From: Candidatus Krumholzibacteriota bacterium
Lineage (GTDB): Bacteria; Krumholzibacteriota; Krumholzibacteriia; LZORAL124-64-63
Reading direction: 5' to 3'
Length of the DNA: 49,951 bases
Assembly (NCBI GenBank): GCA_039714075.1
Contig: JBDLKA010000018.1
Span: forward strand, 1-49,951
In this document: piece by piece, positions 8,553-18,266 of the stretch
How positions within the stretch are numbered: position 1 is the stretch's first letter
Layout: every line of letters starts with the position of its first letter
Translations under genes and position numbers: made by a program
The notes under the pieces: generated by a model
Databases searched by the model: none
Seen by the model: the letters and a program-made list of their open reading frames with translations, nothing else
What the model was told of the DNA's origin: nothing

Positions 8553-10880
8553 CTAGCCCTGCCTGCGGATCACCACCAGGGTGATGTCGTCGGACTGGGC
8601 CACGCCCGAAGTGTGGGTGGACACGGCATCGAGGATGGCGTCCTTGATCCCCGCCGCCGGCAGGTGGCGGTTCCGGCGCATAACCTCGAACAAGGCATCC
8701 TCGCCGAACATGGCCTCATAGTCGTCCTCGTCCGCCGCAGGCCCCACCGCTTCGGTGATGCCGTCGGTGTACAGCACGATGATCTCGCCCGGCGCCAGTT
8801 CGACCGTGTCCTGCTGGTAGACCTGTTCGCCCATCATGCCCAGCAGCAGGCCGCCGGTTGTCAGTTCCTCGATCCGGTCGTCGTTTCTCAGAAGGACGGG
8901 CGGGTTATGCCCGGCGTTGGTGCAGGTGAAGCTGCCCTTTTTCGCGTCCAGCAGTCCGTAGAAGAAGGTGGCGAACATGTGGGGATCGGTGGACTTGACC
9001 AGCAGGTCGTTCACCCTTTCGACCACCCCGGAAACCGTGCCCGGATGCAGGACCTGGCCGTGCAGGCTGGCCTGCAGGTTCGACATCAGCAGCGCCGCGG
9101 GCATTCCCTTGCCCGAGACGTCACCGATGGCGATGCCGATCTTGTCGTTGTCCTGGGCCAGGAAGTCGAAATAGTCCCCGCCGATCTCCCGGCTGGGAAT
9201 GCTGGCGCCGACAACTTCGAAACCCGTCACCACCGGCTCGGATATGGGCAACAGCCGCACCTGGATGGCCCGGGCGGTTTCCAGCTCCTGCTTCAAACGG
9301 TCGTTGGCCAGGGCGATTTCCCGGCCGTGCTTCACCGCGGTGGTCATTTCATTGAAGCTGTGGGCGAGGTCGCCGAATTCGTCCTCGTTGGGGATCTGGA
9401 TGACCGTGTCCAGATCGCCCGCGGCAACCGACCTGGTCCCCCGGTGCAGGGCGTGCACCGCGCTGACGATGCCTTCGGAAATACGCACGCCGAAGAAAAA
9501 GGCGAAGATTTCCAGGACCAGGAACAGGAAGGCGACCACACCCAAAGCCACGACGACGGCGATGTTCAGGTTGGAGTCCCCTTCGAGAAATTCGGTTTGC
9601 AGGTCCTGCCAGCCGACCCGCAGGTTGATGAACAGGTTCTTGGTGTCCAGTTCCTCCCCGTCATACCGGTTCACCTCGAACAGCGTACCGCCGAAAAAGA
9701 AGAAGCGGCTCCAGTATTCCTTGTCTTCGCTGACGTCACGGTAGGTGACTTCCATACCCGAAAAGCTCTTCCGGTCCTCCTCGCCGGCCGTTCCGATGAT
9801 CAGATCACCGTCATCGGTTTTGGCGGAACTGGTGGCCGAAATATCGATACCGACCTTCAGCAGACCGGACAGGACCTTCAACGGGCGTTCACCCAGATGC
9901 CAGGCCCGCACCGAAGGCTGTTCCGAGTCCAGGCCTTTCCAGCCCATCAGCCAGATGTGGCCGCCCGCCAGGAACCAATCGGTGGTGTCGGCGGTCGCCG
10001 GCGTCCTGCCGAGGCGCGCGTTATCCACCCTCGCTCCCAGCAATTTTTCCGCGAGACCCGGTACCCAGCCGGGCGCCTCGACCGGGGTCCCCTTGGTCCC
10101 GGAGGACAACCCTTCCGGCCAGGCGAAGGTCGTGTCGAACAGGGCTCCGCCGAAATCGACTCCGGAGGCGGTCATCTGGCGCCAGTTTTCCAGCGAACCG
10201 GTGGTCCGGGCGGCCCGCGCGCCACCCAACCCCGTGTACAGAATCATCAGCCCCAGGACCACCATCAAAAACAGGGGCACCAACCCGATCAGAACGGCAG
10301 TGACACCCAGTTTGGGCCGCAGCCGCATGAAGTGCAGGCGCATTTTTATCGCCAGATGGAACAGGGACCAGAACCAGAAACAGCCCAGGCTAAGCAGGGA
10401 CCACGCGCCGAGCCTCTTAAGAAAGACTCCCAATCCCGAGGGTTCGGCCAGACTGCCGAAGCGGGGAAAAATGAAAATCAGCAGCGCGGTTGCCAGAACT
10501 CCCAACCCGAATCCCAGGGCCCGCCGGCGGTCGGCGATGTGCCGCCAGGAACGGTACCGGCGAAAGGTCAGGGCAAAAACGGAAAGCGGGGTGGCGGCCC
10601 ACACGCCGGCCTTGGTGGGAAGGAAGGCGGCAAGAGCCCCGGCGCCAATCAGGACCACCAGCCAGAACCAGCGCCCCCAGGTGTCGGCCAGGATGAATCG
10701 GACGGCCGCGATCCAGGCCACCAGGGACAGCGCCCCGATCAGACCCTGGACCACCGTTCCGGGCAGAAAACCCGCTTCCGCATGAAGGACAAGGAGAGCC
10801 CCCGCTGTGCCCAGCAGCCAGAGAATCAGGGCGACGCAGCGCCAGGCCACGAAGGAAATCGGTCCGGAAAGCAGTTTCAC
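8553..10880 (-). CDS. Membrane sensor with HAMP and SpoIIE/PP2C phosphatase domains (RsbU-like)
   Basis: Multiple TMs; HAMP EDEFGDLAHSFNEM; GGDYFDF, IGDVSGKG, NAGHNPP, YTDGITEA, DDITLVV. Confidence 0.93.
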   Translation of the reverse strand: MKLLSGPISFVAWRCVALILWLLGTAGALLVLHAEAGFLPGTVVQGLIGALSLVAWIAAVRFILADTWGRWFWLVVLIGAGALAAFLPTKAGVWAATPLSVFALTFRRYRSWRHIADRRRALGFGLGVLATALLIFIFPRFGSLAEPSGLGVFLKRLGAWSLLSLGCFWFWSLFHLAIKMRLHFMRLRPKLGVTAVLIGLVPLFLMVVLGLMILYTGLGGARAARTTGSLENWRQMTASGVDFGGALFDTTFAWPEGLSSGTKGTPVEAPGWVPGLAEKLLGARVDNARLGRTPATADTTDWFLAGGHIWLMGWKGLDSEQPSVRAWHLGERPLKVLSGLLKVGIDISATSSAKTDDGDLIIGTAGEEDRKSFSGMEVTYRDVSEDKEYWSRFFFFGGTLFEVNRYDGEELDTKNLFINLRVGWQDLQTEFLEGDSNLNIAVVVALGVVAFLFLVLEIFAFFFGVRISEGIVSAVHALHRGTRSVAAGDLDTVIQIPNEDEFGDLAHSFNEMTTAVKHGREIALANDRLKQELETARAIQVRLLPISEPVVTGFEVVGASIPSREIGGDYFDFLAQDNDKIGIAIGDVSGKGMPAALLMSNLQASLHGQVLHPGTVSGVVERVNDLLVKSTDPHMFATFFYGLLDAKKGSFTCTNAGHNPPVLLRNDDRIEELTTGGLLLGMMGEQVYQQDTVELAPGEIIVLYTDGITEAVGPAADEDDYEAMFGEDALFEVMRRNRHLPAAGIKDAILDAVSTHTSGVAQSDDITLVVIRRQG

Positions 10881-11563
10881 CGGATGTTGTGCTCCTTTTT
10901 ATATGCGGCCCAGTTGTCCTTGAGGTGGCAGAAAGCGTCGAAATCGGTCGCCGTGATGAAGGGGTTGTGCTCCCGTTCGAAACCGATCGTCGAGTGGGGA
11001 CGCTGCCCTTCACCCCCGTAGTAGTCGTGCCCGGGAAAGACGAGCGTGTCGGCGGGAAGTTTCATCAAATCCTGCAGGGAATCGTATTCCTGGCGGGCGG
11101 AAGATCCCGGAAAAAAGGAACCGGTGCCCCCCACCTTGCCGCAGAACAGGATGTCGCCGGTGACCAGCCGCCCTTCGCACAGGTAGCAGAAATGCCCCGG
11201 CGAATGTCCGGGCGTGGCCAGGGCCGATATTTCCACCTTCCCCAGCGACAGGACCTGCCCGTCGGCGAGGGGACTGGCGCCGGTGATGTTGTCTTCGGCC
11301 CCGCCGAAAATTTCCGCTCCGGTCAGGGCCTGCAGCCTGCCCACACCCCCCGTGTGGTCGGAGTGGCCGTGGGTGATCAGGATCGACGTGATGGTCAAAC
11401 CCTCGGTTTCGGAAATTTCCTGGAATTTATCGGGCTCGAACCCCGGATCGACGGCGGCGGCGTTTCCCGAATCCAGATCCCCGATCAGGTAACAGAAATT
11501 TCGGTCGCCTCCGAGGTGGATCTGCAGGAACCGGACCCTGTCGGTGGAATGATCATGAACCAT
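10877..11563 (-). CDS. MBL-fold metallo-hydrolase (glyoxalase II-like)
   Basis: THGHSDHTGG, TPGHSPG, TGDILF, PGHDY; start at 11563 chosen from SD GAGGGAG and upstream TTGGCG-17-TATGAT. Confidence 0.9.
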   Translation of the reverse strand: MVHDHSTDRVRFLQIHLGGDRNFCYLIGDLDSGNAAAVDPGFEPDKFQEISETEGLTITSILITHGHSDHTGGVGRLQALTGAEIFGGAEDNITGASPLADGQVLSLGKVEISALATPGHSPGHFCYLCEGRLVTGDILFCGKVGGTGSFFPGSSARQEYDSLQDLMKLPADTLVFPGHDYYGGEGQRPHSTIGFEREHNPFITATDFDAFCHLKDNWAAYKKEHNIR

Positions 11564-11782
11564 CTGGCATCTCCCTCTATTCCCTGGCCATGGTGGCAAT
11601 ATCCGCAGATCATACCCGCCCGCGCTCTTCACGCCAAGGATCAGGTGCTTCGGGCCGAAATTCGGGCCCCTTGCGGTTCCTGAATTCGTTCCTATTACTG
11701 TTAACAGGACTATATTCATCCTTTTTGAAAGGCCTCTGTTAGGTCGTCCAGCCCCTCGCCCAGCTGCCGAAAGGTAAAGATC

Positions 11783-12613
11783 ATGTCCAGGTCTAATCAG
11801 CTAATCCCCACGGCTGCCCTGCTCATCCTGGCTTTGGCCACCGGCCTCGCCGCGGCGGCTCCCGGCCCCGGTGAAGTGGGCGGACCGGCCCCCGACTGGA
11901 CCCTGAACGCCTACGGCGGCGGCACCCACACCCTGAGCGACTACCAGAACAAAGTCGTGATGATGTTCGTCGTGGGCTACGGCTGAGCGGGTTGCATCAC
12001 AGGAACCGCCAGTTCGGTGGCCATGATCAGCGGATATTCCCCCGACCAGTTCCAGGCTTTCGCCATCGACGTATGGGACGGCGGCGACCTGAACGCCCAG
12101 ATTTTCATCGCCAACAGCCAGATCAACTATCCCTACCTGATGTACGGCGGCATCGCCGGCATCATGACCGCTTACAACTGTTTTTATGACATCGTGTTCG
12201 TTATCGGCGGGGACGGAATCATTCTCTACCGCGGCGAATACTCGGACGCGGTCGTCCAAACCGCCATCGACCAGGGCATCGCCGACCTCGACGCCCCGTC
12301 CGCCGTGGGCGACACTCCTGTCGCGGAACACCGGTTGCTGGACGGGTATCCGAATCCCTTCAATCCCCGCACGCGCATTCCCTACGAACTGGGCGGCGAA
12401 GCGGGAACGGCGCGGGTCAACCTGCAGATCCTGGATCTGAGGGGCCGAGTCGTCAAAACCCTGGTCGACGGGGTGCAGAACGTCGGGCAGCGCTACGAGG
12501 CGGTCTGGAACGGAACCGACGAGGCGGGGCGCCGCCTGCCCAGCGGGGCCTACATGTCCCGGCTGACGGTCGGCGGCCAGTCCCAGGCCAGAATGCTGAC
12601 CCTGGTGAAATAG
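11783..12613 (+). CDS. Probable secreted selenoprotein: redoxin/AhpC-TSA thioredoxin fold (UxxC) plus FlgD-Ig/CTD-like tail; UGA at 11984-11986 read as Sec
   Basis: ORFs 11783-11986 and 12017-12613 are in the same frame, separated only by TGA: ...APDWTL...LSDYQNKVVMMFVVGYG-U-AGC...FVIGGDGIILYRG...PNPFNPRT...MLTLVK. Confidence 0.85.
11991..12031 (+). promoter_or_regulatory. Candidate bacterial SECIS hairpin
   Basis: GUUG(C)AUCA/UGAUCAGC lower stem, GG/CC, ACCG/CGGU upper stem; apical loop about 22 nt after the UGA. Confidence 0.55.
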
Positions 12614-12643
12614 TTGGAACCTGACCTTTGGAGGAGACCCGCC

Positions 12644-13309
12644 ATGAAATGGACCCTGATGATTCTGGTATCCGGTCTCTCGATGATCCTGGTTTCTTCC
12701 TTTGCCGGCGCGGTCACCCATACGGTCAACCAGGACGGCCTGACTTTCAGTCCTGCGGAGATCACCATTGAAATCGGGGACACCGTCGAGTGGATCTGGA
12801 GCGGCGGATCCCACACCGTCACCAGCGGGACCAACCTGAGCGATCCGGAAGTTGGAATGCTGTTCGACGAAGCCCTTTCAAGCGGCAACCCCACCGTCTC
12901 GCACACCTTCATCCAGGTCGGCAGCCAGGACTATTTCTGCCGGCCCCACCTGAACTTCGGGATGACCGGCACCGTTATCATCACCGCGGCCTCCCCCGTG
13001 AATGAAACCCCTGCAAGGACGGCCATTCGGCTGCTGCCCAACGTGCCCAATCCATTCAACCCCACCACGCGGATCACCTTCGAATTGCCCGCTGACCGCG
13101 CGGGCTCCATGGAAGTGGGTCTCAGGATTTTCGATCTCAGGGGTCGTCTGGTCAGGAATCTGTTGGAGGAAACGGTGAACACCGACCGCCGCACGGTCGT
13201 CTGGGACGGACGGGACGGCCGGGGGACTGCCGTCCCGGCGGGCGTTTATGTCTACCGCCTCGCGGCCGGTGGAAGGGTCCTTTCCCGCACCATGACCCTC
13301 GTCAAATAG
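12644..13309 (+). CDS. Secreted plastocyanin/azurin-type cupredoxin with FlgD-Ig/CTD-like tail
   Basis: SD GGAGG; signal peptide; FSPAEITIEIGDTVEW, SHTVT, YFCRPHLNFGM (type-1 Cu ligands H,C,H,M); PNPFNPTT. Confidence 0.9.
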   Translation: MKWTLMILVSGLSMILVSSFAGAVTHTVNQDGLTFSPAEITIEIGDTVEWIWSGGSHTVTSGTNLSDPEVGMLFDEALSSGNPTVSHTFIQVGSQDYFCRPHLNFGMTGTVIITAASPVNETPARTAIRLLPNVPNPFNPTTRITFELPADRAGSMEVGLRIFDLRGRLVRNLLEETVNTDRRTVVWDGRDGRGTAVPAGVYVYRLAAGGRVLSRTMTLVK

Positions 13310-13317
13310 CCGGCTCC

Positions 13318-14085
13318 CTATTCAGTTGCATCTCCCTGGACCGCCTTTTTCAGATACGGCGTCAGCAGGTCCACCGGGACAGGGAAAATCGTCGTGCTGT
13401 TGTTCTCGGCCGCGACCTCGGTCAGGGCCTGCAGGTAGCGCAGCTGCAGAGCCACCGGATGATCCTCGATGTTGGCCGCCGCCTCGGCCAACCTCTGGCT
13501 CGCCTGGAATTCCCCGTCCGCATGGATCACCTTGGCGCGCCGCTCGCGTTCCGCTTCGGCCTGCTTGGCCATGGCGCGTTTCATTTCCATGGGCAGGTCC
13601 ACGTCCTTCATCTCGACCGTCATGACCTTGATGCCCCACTGGTCGGTGGCCTCGTCCAGGATGGTCTGCACCTTGGCGTTCAGCTTGTCCCGCTTGGCCA
13701 GCAGTTCGTCCAGTTCCGCCTGTCCGACCACGCTTCGCAAGGTGGTCTGCGCCAGCTGGCTGGTGGCGAAGAGAAAGTTCTCCACGTCGATGATCGATTT
13801 CTCGGGTTCGACGACCCGGAAATAGAGGACCGCGTTGACCCGGACCGACACGTTGTCCTTGGTGATCACGTCCTGGGGCGCCACGTCCATGGCCACGGTG
13901 CGCAGGCTGACCTTGACCATCCGTTCGATGAAGGGAATCAGAATGATCAAACCCGGCCCGCGGACACCCACGTATCGTCCGAGGCGGAAGATCACCCCGC
14001 GTTCGTATTCGCGGAGGATCCGCAGTGAATTGGCCAATACGAAAAGCAGGAGAATCAGGAAGGTGCCCGGAAACAGGAACGGCAT
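13318..14085 (-). CDS. SPFH/stomatin (slipin) family protein
   Basis: [36 protein letters not shown]. Confidence 0.95.
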   Translation of the reverse strand: MPFLFPGTFLILLLFVLANSLRILREYERGVIFRLGRYVGVRGPGLIILIPFIERMVKVSLRTVAMDVAPQDVITKDNVSVRVNAVLYFRVVEPEKSIIDVENFLFATSQLAQTTLRSVVGQAELDELLAKRDKLNAKVQTILDEATDQWGIKVMTVEMKDVDLPMEMKRAMAKQAEAERERRAKVIHADGEFQASQRLAEAAANIEDHPVALQLRYLQALTEVAAENNSTTIFPVPVDLLTPYLKKAVQGDATE

Positions 14086-14087
14086 GG

Positions 14088-15437
14088 CTAACTCCTCTGT
14101 TTGGCGCTGTAATTATCGGATGGAGCTTCAGAAACCACCTGGACCACGCGGCCCTCGACGGCGACGACCCGCACGTGCGAATCCAGGTCCAGGGGCCCGT
14201 CGGCCATCGCGTCCCAGATTTCACCGTGGCACACCATCTTTCCCGGCTCGGCGGAACTTTCGATACCCTGGACCAGCCGCCCGGTTTCGCCGATCATGGC
14301 TTTCAGGCCCGTGGTCACCGGACGTTTCTGCGCCCGCACCACCAGCCAGATGCAAAGAATGAAAAATCCGGAGAACACGATCACCGTGGGAATCAGGACC
14401 CGCATGCTCAGACGGGCCCATTCCTGGGTGGAATCAAAAATCATGAGCGAGCCGAAAACCAGGGCCGTGACCCCGCCGATGCTCAGGGCCCCGAAACTGG
14501 GCACCTTGATCTCGAGGATCAGCATGATCACCCCCAACAGGATCAGCGCGACACCGGTGTAATCCACGGGCAGGGTCTGGAAGGCGAACAGGGCCAGCAG
14601 CAGACAAATCCCCCCGAGGATGCCGGGCACCAGGGATCCCGGATTGCTCAACTCGAAGAACAGACCGTAGATACCCAGCATCATCAGGATGTAGGCGAGG
14701 TTGGGATTGGCCAGCGCCTTGAGGAGCTTTTGCCGCGAGCTCATGGTCTTTTCGATGATGCCGGCCGCGGCGGTCTCCAGAACCAGGGTCCGGCCGTCCA
14801 GCACGACCTCGCGACCCTGCAGACTGTCCAGCAGAGCGGGCAGGTTGGGGGCGACCACTTCAATGATGCCTTGTTCCAGGGCCTCGGCCGCTGTCAGATT
14901 CACCGCCTCGGTCACGAAGGTGCGGGCGACCTCTTCATTGCGTTCCTTGCCCGCGGCGATGGACGCGATGTAGGCCGCGGCATCGTTGGTCACCTTGTGG
15001 GCCATGGTGCTGTCCATGCCCGCCCCGCCCATCTGCACCGGGCTCGCCGAACCGATGTTGGTACCCGGAGCCATGGCCGCCACATGACCGGCCAGGGTGA
15101 TGAAGGCGCCGGCGCTCGCGGCCCGGCTGCCGGCGGGCGCCACGTAGACGATCACCGGAATCTGTGCGCCGAGCTGCGCCTTGACGATGTCCCGCATGGA
15201 GGTGTCTAGTCCGCCGGGCGTATCCAGCTGGATCACCAGGGCGATCGCACCCTCGCTTTCCGCCCCGGATATGCTCTGGACAAGGAATTCGGCGGCGACC
15301 GGGGTGATGGGCCCTTCAAAGGTCGCCAGATGCACTTCCGACGCCCGGCCCCCCTCCGGCTCGGCGGCGGCACACATACTGAAAATCAACAGAAAGAGAA
15401 TCGTGGGGATAAATTTTCCAGGTAGGCGAACGGACAT
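14088..15437 (-). CDS. nfeD: NfeD family membrane-bound serine protease
   Basis: [28 protein letters not shown] block; C-terminal OB domain; adjacent to SPFH gene. Confidence 0.93.
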   Translation of the reverse strand: MSVRLPGKFIPTILFLLIFSMCAAAEPEGGRASEVHLATFEGPITPVAAEFLVQSISGAESEGAIALVIQLDTPGGLDTSMRDIVKAQLGAQIPVIVYVAPAGSRAASAGAFITLAGHVAAMAPGTNIGSASPVQMGGAGMDSTMAHKVTNDAAAYIASIAAGKERNEEVARTFVTEAVNLTAAEALEQGIIEVVAPNLPALLDSLQGREVVLDGRTLVLETAAAGIIEKTMSSRQKLLKALANPNLAYILMMLGIYGLFFELSNPGSLVPGILGGICLLLALFAFQTLPVDYTGVALILLGVIMLILEIKVPSFGALSIGGVTALVFGSLMIFDSTQEWARLSMRVLIPTVIVFSGFFILCIWLVVRAQKRPVTTGLKAMIGETGRLVQGIESSAEPGKMVCHGEIWDAMADGPLDLDSHVRVVAVEGRVVQVVSEAPSDNYSAKQRS

Positions 15438-15514
15438 GTCAGCCTCCTCCAAGTGAAGGTCAGGAAGTCTCTTACATGATACACAAATTTCAGGAAACGG
15501 GAGGGGTAATGTGG

Positions 15515-15543
15515 AAAAAAGGGGCCCGGAATCCCCGGGCCCC
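15515..15543 (-). terminator. Intrinsic terminator
   Basis: GGGGCCCGG/CCGGGCCCC stem followed by T6 on the minus strand. Confidence 0.75.
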
Positions 15544-15570
15544 AGACATCAAATAAAAAGCTGTTCCATA

Positions 15571-16167
15571 CTAGCGGTACAGAGCCTTGAGGGATCCCCA
15601 GCGGGTATCCTCGGTGGGAAGAGGATCTCCATCTGCGTTGATGGTGACCGCCATTCCCATAAACAGGGCGTTGCCTCCCTCGCAATCGAACGAAGCGTCG
15701 TAGGGACCAGCCGCCCACAACACGCCGCCGGGAGTGGGATTGGTCAGGTTGCACCGCATGGTGCCCAGAATCACCAGATCCCGGTCGTAGCAGACCTCGC
15801 TGGTGGTGCGGACGCCCAGCAGGGGATGGCCCGTATGTTCCAGATCGGGATTGGGCTGGAAATCCAGGATATCGATCTCGGCGCCGCAGCACACCTGGTG
15901 GATCACCCAGGACAACGAGGTGAACGGCTGGCCGACGGGTTCGCCGGGACCGGGTCCGAACACGCAGGCGTACAAGGTGAACTCCTCGCCGGGGGCGATA
16001 TCGATGGTGTCGATGTATTCATGCGGAGAAGCGCTTAACCCCACCCGGGGGTAGGACACCTGGGCAGCGGCCTCGGTGACGAAAAGCGCCAGAATGGCCA
16101 GAACCATCAACAGGCCGCTGACATGCGGGAAGTCGACGGGGCGTCGAACCAGGGTGCGGGTTTTCAT
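15571..16167 (-). CDS. Secreted beta-rich protein with C-terminal WGSLKALYR motif
   Basis: Hydrophobic signal LLMVLAILALFVTEAAA; ends PTEDTRWGSLKALYR; N-terminal pattern resembles the 3915-4580 product. Confidence 0.82.
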   Translation of the reverse strand: MKTRTLVRRPVDFPHVSGLLMVLAILALFVTEAAAQVSYPRVGLSASPHEYIDTIDIAPGEEFTLYACVFGPGPGEPVGQPFTSLSWVIHQVCCGAEIDILDFQPNPDLEHTGHPLLGVRTTSEVCYDRDLVILGTMRCNLTNPTPGGVLWAAGPYDASFDCEGGNALFMGMAVTINADGDPLPTEDTRWGSLKALYR

Positions 16168-16301
16168 GCCAGAGTCCTCGGGGCGAGGGTATCCTCCCGG
16201 GCGGATCCGGGGCCATTCCTGGCCCGACCACCCGGGAGTTGAATTCGGAGTAGTTTTATAGAGTATATGAAGGGTCCGGGCAGACCCGCAAGAGGCCCGG
16301 A

Positions 16302-17777
16302 CTATTTCAGGAGCGTCACCTTGAGCCGCTGGGTATCCCGGCGACCCTTCACCAGGACGAAGTAGATCCCCGAACTCACCGACCGGCCGGATCTGTCCCG
16401 CCCGGTCCACACCAGTTCGTGGGCGCCGGAGTGGAACATCCCCTCGCCGAGAACCTGGACCAAACGCCCATCAATCCCGTAGATCGAAACCCGCACGTCC
16501 TGGGCGGCGGCCAGCTCAAAACTGATCACCGTCTGGGGATTGAAGGGATTGGGAGCCGCCACGACCCGTCCGATGCCGGCCGCCGCCACCGGAACCTCAT
16601 CCAGGGTTTTTTCCCCGGTGCAGGTAACGGGATTCGCACCCAGGGTCCCGCAGGGGGATCCGGGGTCGACCAGCGGCGAACTCGTTTTGAGATTGAAACG
16701 ATCGCTGTTGCTGACCATGGATGAGCAGAACTGGGGATCGACCGAGACATTGCCGTCCCGGGATTTCATCTCGCCCAGTTTAATGGCCCAATCGCCCGCT
16801 GAATTGCCGTAGATATCCGTACAGGTGATCTGGGGCAGCAACGCCCCGGCGACGGAAACGCCGCGGCCCTCGTTGAAAGCCAGAATTGTTCCGGTGATCA
16901 GGGGACTGGAATCCACCACCAGCATGCCGCCTTCCAGCACGCCGGCCTTGTTGTTGGCCACGGTGCAGTAATCCAGGTTGATCGGTCCCTCGGAAAAGCT
17001 GGCCAGGCCGCCGCCGAAACGGGCCTCGTTGTCCGCGACGGTGGTTTGCAGAAGGTCCGGGTAGGAAAGATTGTCGGCGAACACGCCGCCGCCGTAACCA
17101 TGCAGACCGTCGGCCGTGTTGCCCATCAGTTCGGAATTCTCCACCCGCGGGGACGAACCGCCCCGACAGGACATGGCCCCGCCCCATTCGGCCTTGTTGG
17201 CCAGGAAGTAGCAATCCGTGACCACGGGCGAGGAATCATAGCTGAGATCCAGGGCGCCGCCGCCGCCGTTGGGCGCGCTGTTGGCGTAGAACTGGCAGGA
17301 AATGATTTCGGGCGAGGAATGGGAACAGCGGATGGCGCCCCCGTGGCTGTCGGCCGAGTTGGCGGAAAAGACACAGTTCTCGATGCGGGCGTTGCTGTTG
17401 CTGATGAACAACGCGCCCCCGCTCTGGTCATAACTGGTCTCGCCCGCAGCCATGCCACTCATGAACGTGATGTTCCGGATGGTCACCGCCTCGACGGCGC
17501 TCTCCACCAGAAGGATCCTGTCCTCCCCGTTTCCATTGAGCACCACATCCTGGGGTTTGGTCCCCGTTCCGGTGATCGTCACCCCGGCGGGCGCGACCAG
17601 GCCGGATTCCAGGTAGAAACCGGGGGCCAACTGGATTTCATCCCCGCTGCCGGCCATTTCCAGGGCGGCGGCCAGGGTGGGATAATCGGCGGGCACCGCC
17701 AGAGTCGCGGCCTGGGCCAGGGTGGCCAGAAGAGTCATGGCGATGGTGGTCGGTACTATCCGGGCGAGGAGTTTCAT
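16302..17777 (-). CDS. Secreted right-handed parallel beta-helix protein with FlgD-Ig/CTD-like tail
   Basis: SD GGAGG; signal peptide; VPADYPTL; repeated GGA/F..N.A units; VDPQFC; PNPFNPQT...KVTLLK. Confidence 0.88.
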   Translation of the reverse strand: MKLLARIVPTTIAMTLLATLAQAATLAVPADYPTLAAALEMAGSGDEIQLAPGFYLESGLVAPAGVTITGTGTKPQDVVLNGNGEDRILLVESAVEAVTIRNITFMSGMAAGETSYDQSGGALFISNSNARIENCVFSANSADSHGGAIRCSHSSPEIISCQFYANSAPNGGGGALDLSYDSSPVVTDCYFLANKAEWGGAMSCRGGSSPRVENSELMGNTADGLHGYGGGVFADNLSYPDLLQTTVADNEARFGGGLASFSEGPINLDYCTVANNKAGVLEGGMLVVDSSPLITGTILAFNEGRGVSVAGALLPQITCTDIYGNSAGDWAIKLGEMKSRDGNVSVDPQFCSSMVSNSDRFNLKTSSPLVDPGSPCGTLGANPVTCTGEKTLDEVPVAAAGIGRVVAAPNPFNPQTVISFELAAAQDVRVSIYGIDGRLVQVLGEGMFHSGAHELVWTGRDRSGRSVSSGIYFVLVKGRRDTQRLKVTLLK

Positions 17778-18266
17778 CCTGTCCTCCATGGTGGTCGCTT
17801 GGGGCCAGTTTCCGTCTAATCATTCCCCCTGTCCTTGACACCCGGATATGGCAAGGACCAGTCCACCCGGACAGGAATACTTGGGCTGGAAATGCCGGTT
17901 TTGAGGTTAAAAACGGGTATTGGACATAATTTCAATTATTGTTGATTACAGGCCGACTGGCCCAAAGCCGTGTCAAAATTGGGGCTAAATGGGGAGGGAA
18001 AACCCAGTGGGAAAGGCGACTTTTTGATAGCCGGAATTCATGAATTAATAAGTTTAGGTACTTAATAGATTTAAGGCGGAGTGATAGTTATCCCTTCGGC
18101 GGGATGCAATCGTGAAATGATTTGGGGAAAGATCCGAAAATAAATGAATCTTGGTTCATTTATATTTTTACCGGCCCTTGTCACGGCCTCGGACTCAGGG
18201 ACACCTTGTCACAGGTTGATTTGGAAGAGGGACATTTTGGCAAAAAAAGGGGCATTTAACCCCCGG

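Noticed and set aside
8499..11021. Long antisense ORFs (840 aa here; also 26703-29225, 31658-33895, 5147-6910 and others)
   Set aside because: Shadow ORFs opposite well-supported genes, expected at high GC; no recognisable motifs.
11783..11986. Pseudogene or two separate small genes
   Set aside because: The stop falls exactly at the redox Cys position, is TGA, and both halves are intact and in frame, so Sec recoding is more parsimonious.
17790..18266. Riboswitch or small gene in the long AT-rich spacer
   Set aside because: No recognisable aptamer, convincing stable structure or SD-supported ORF; probably promoter DNA.
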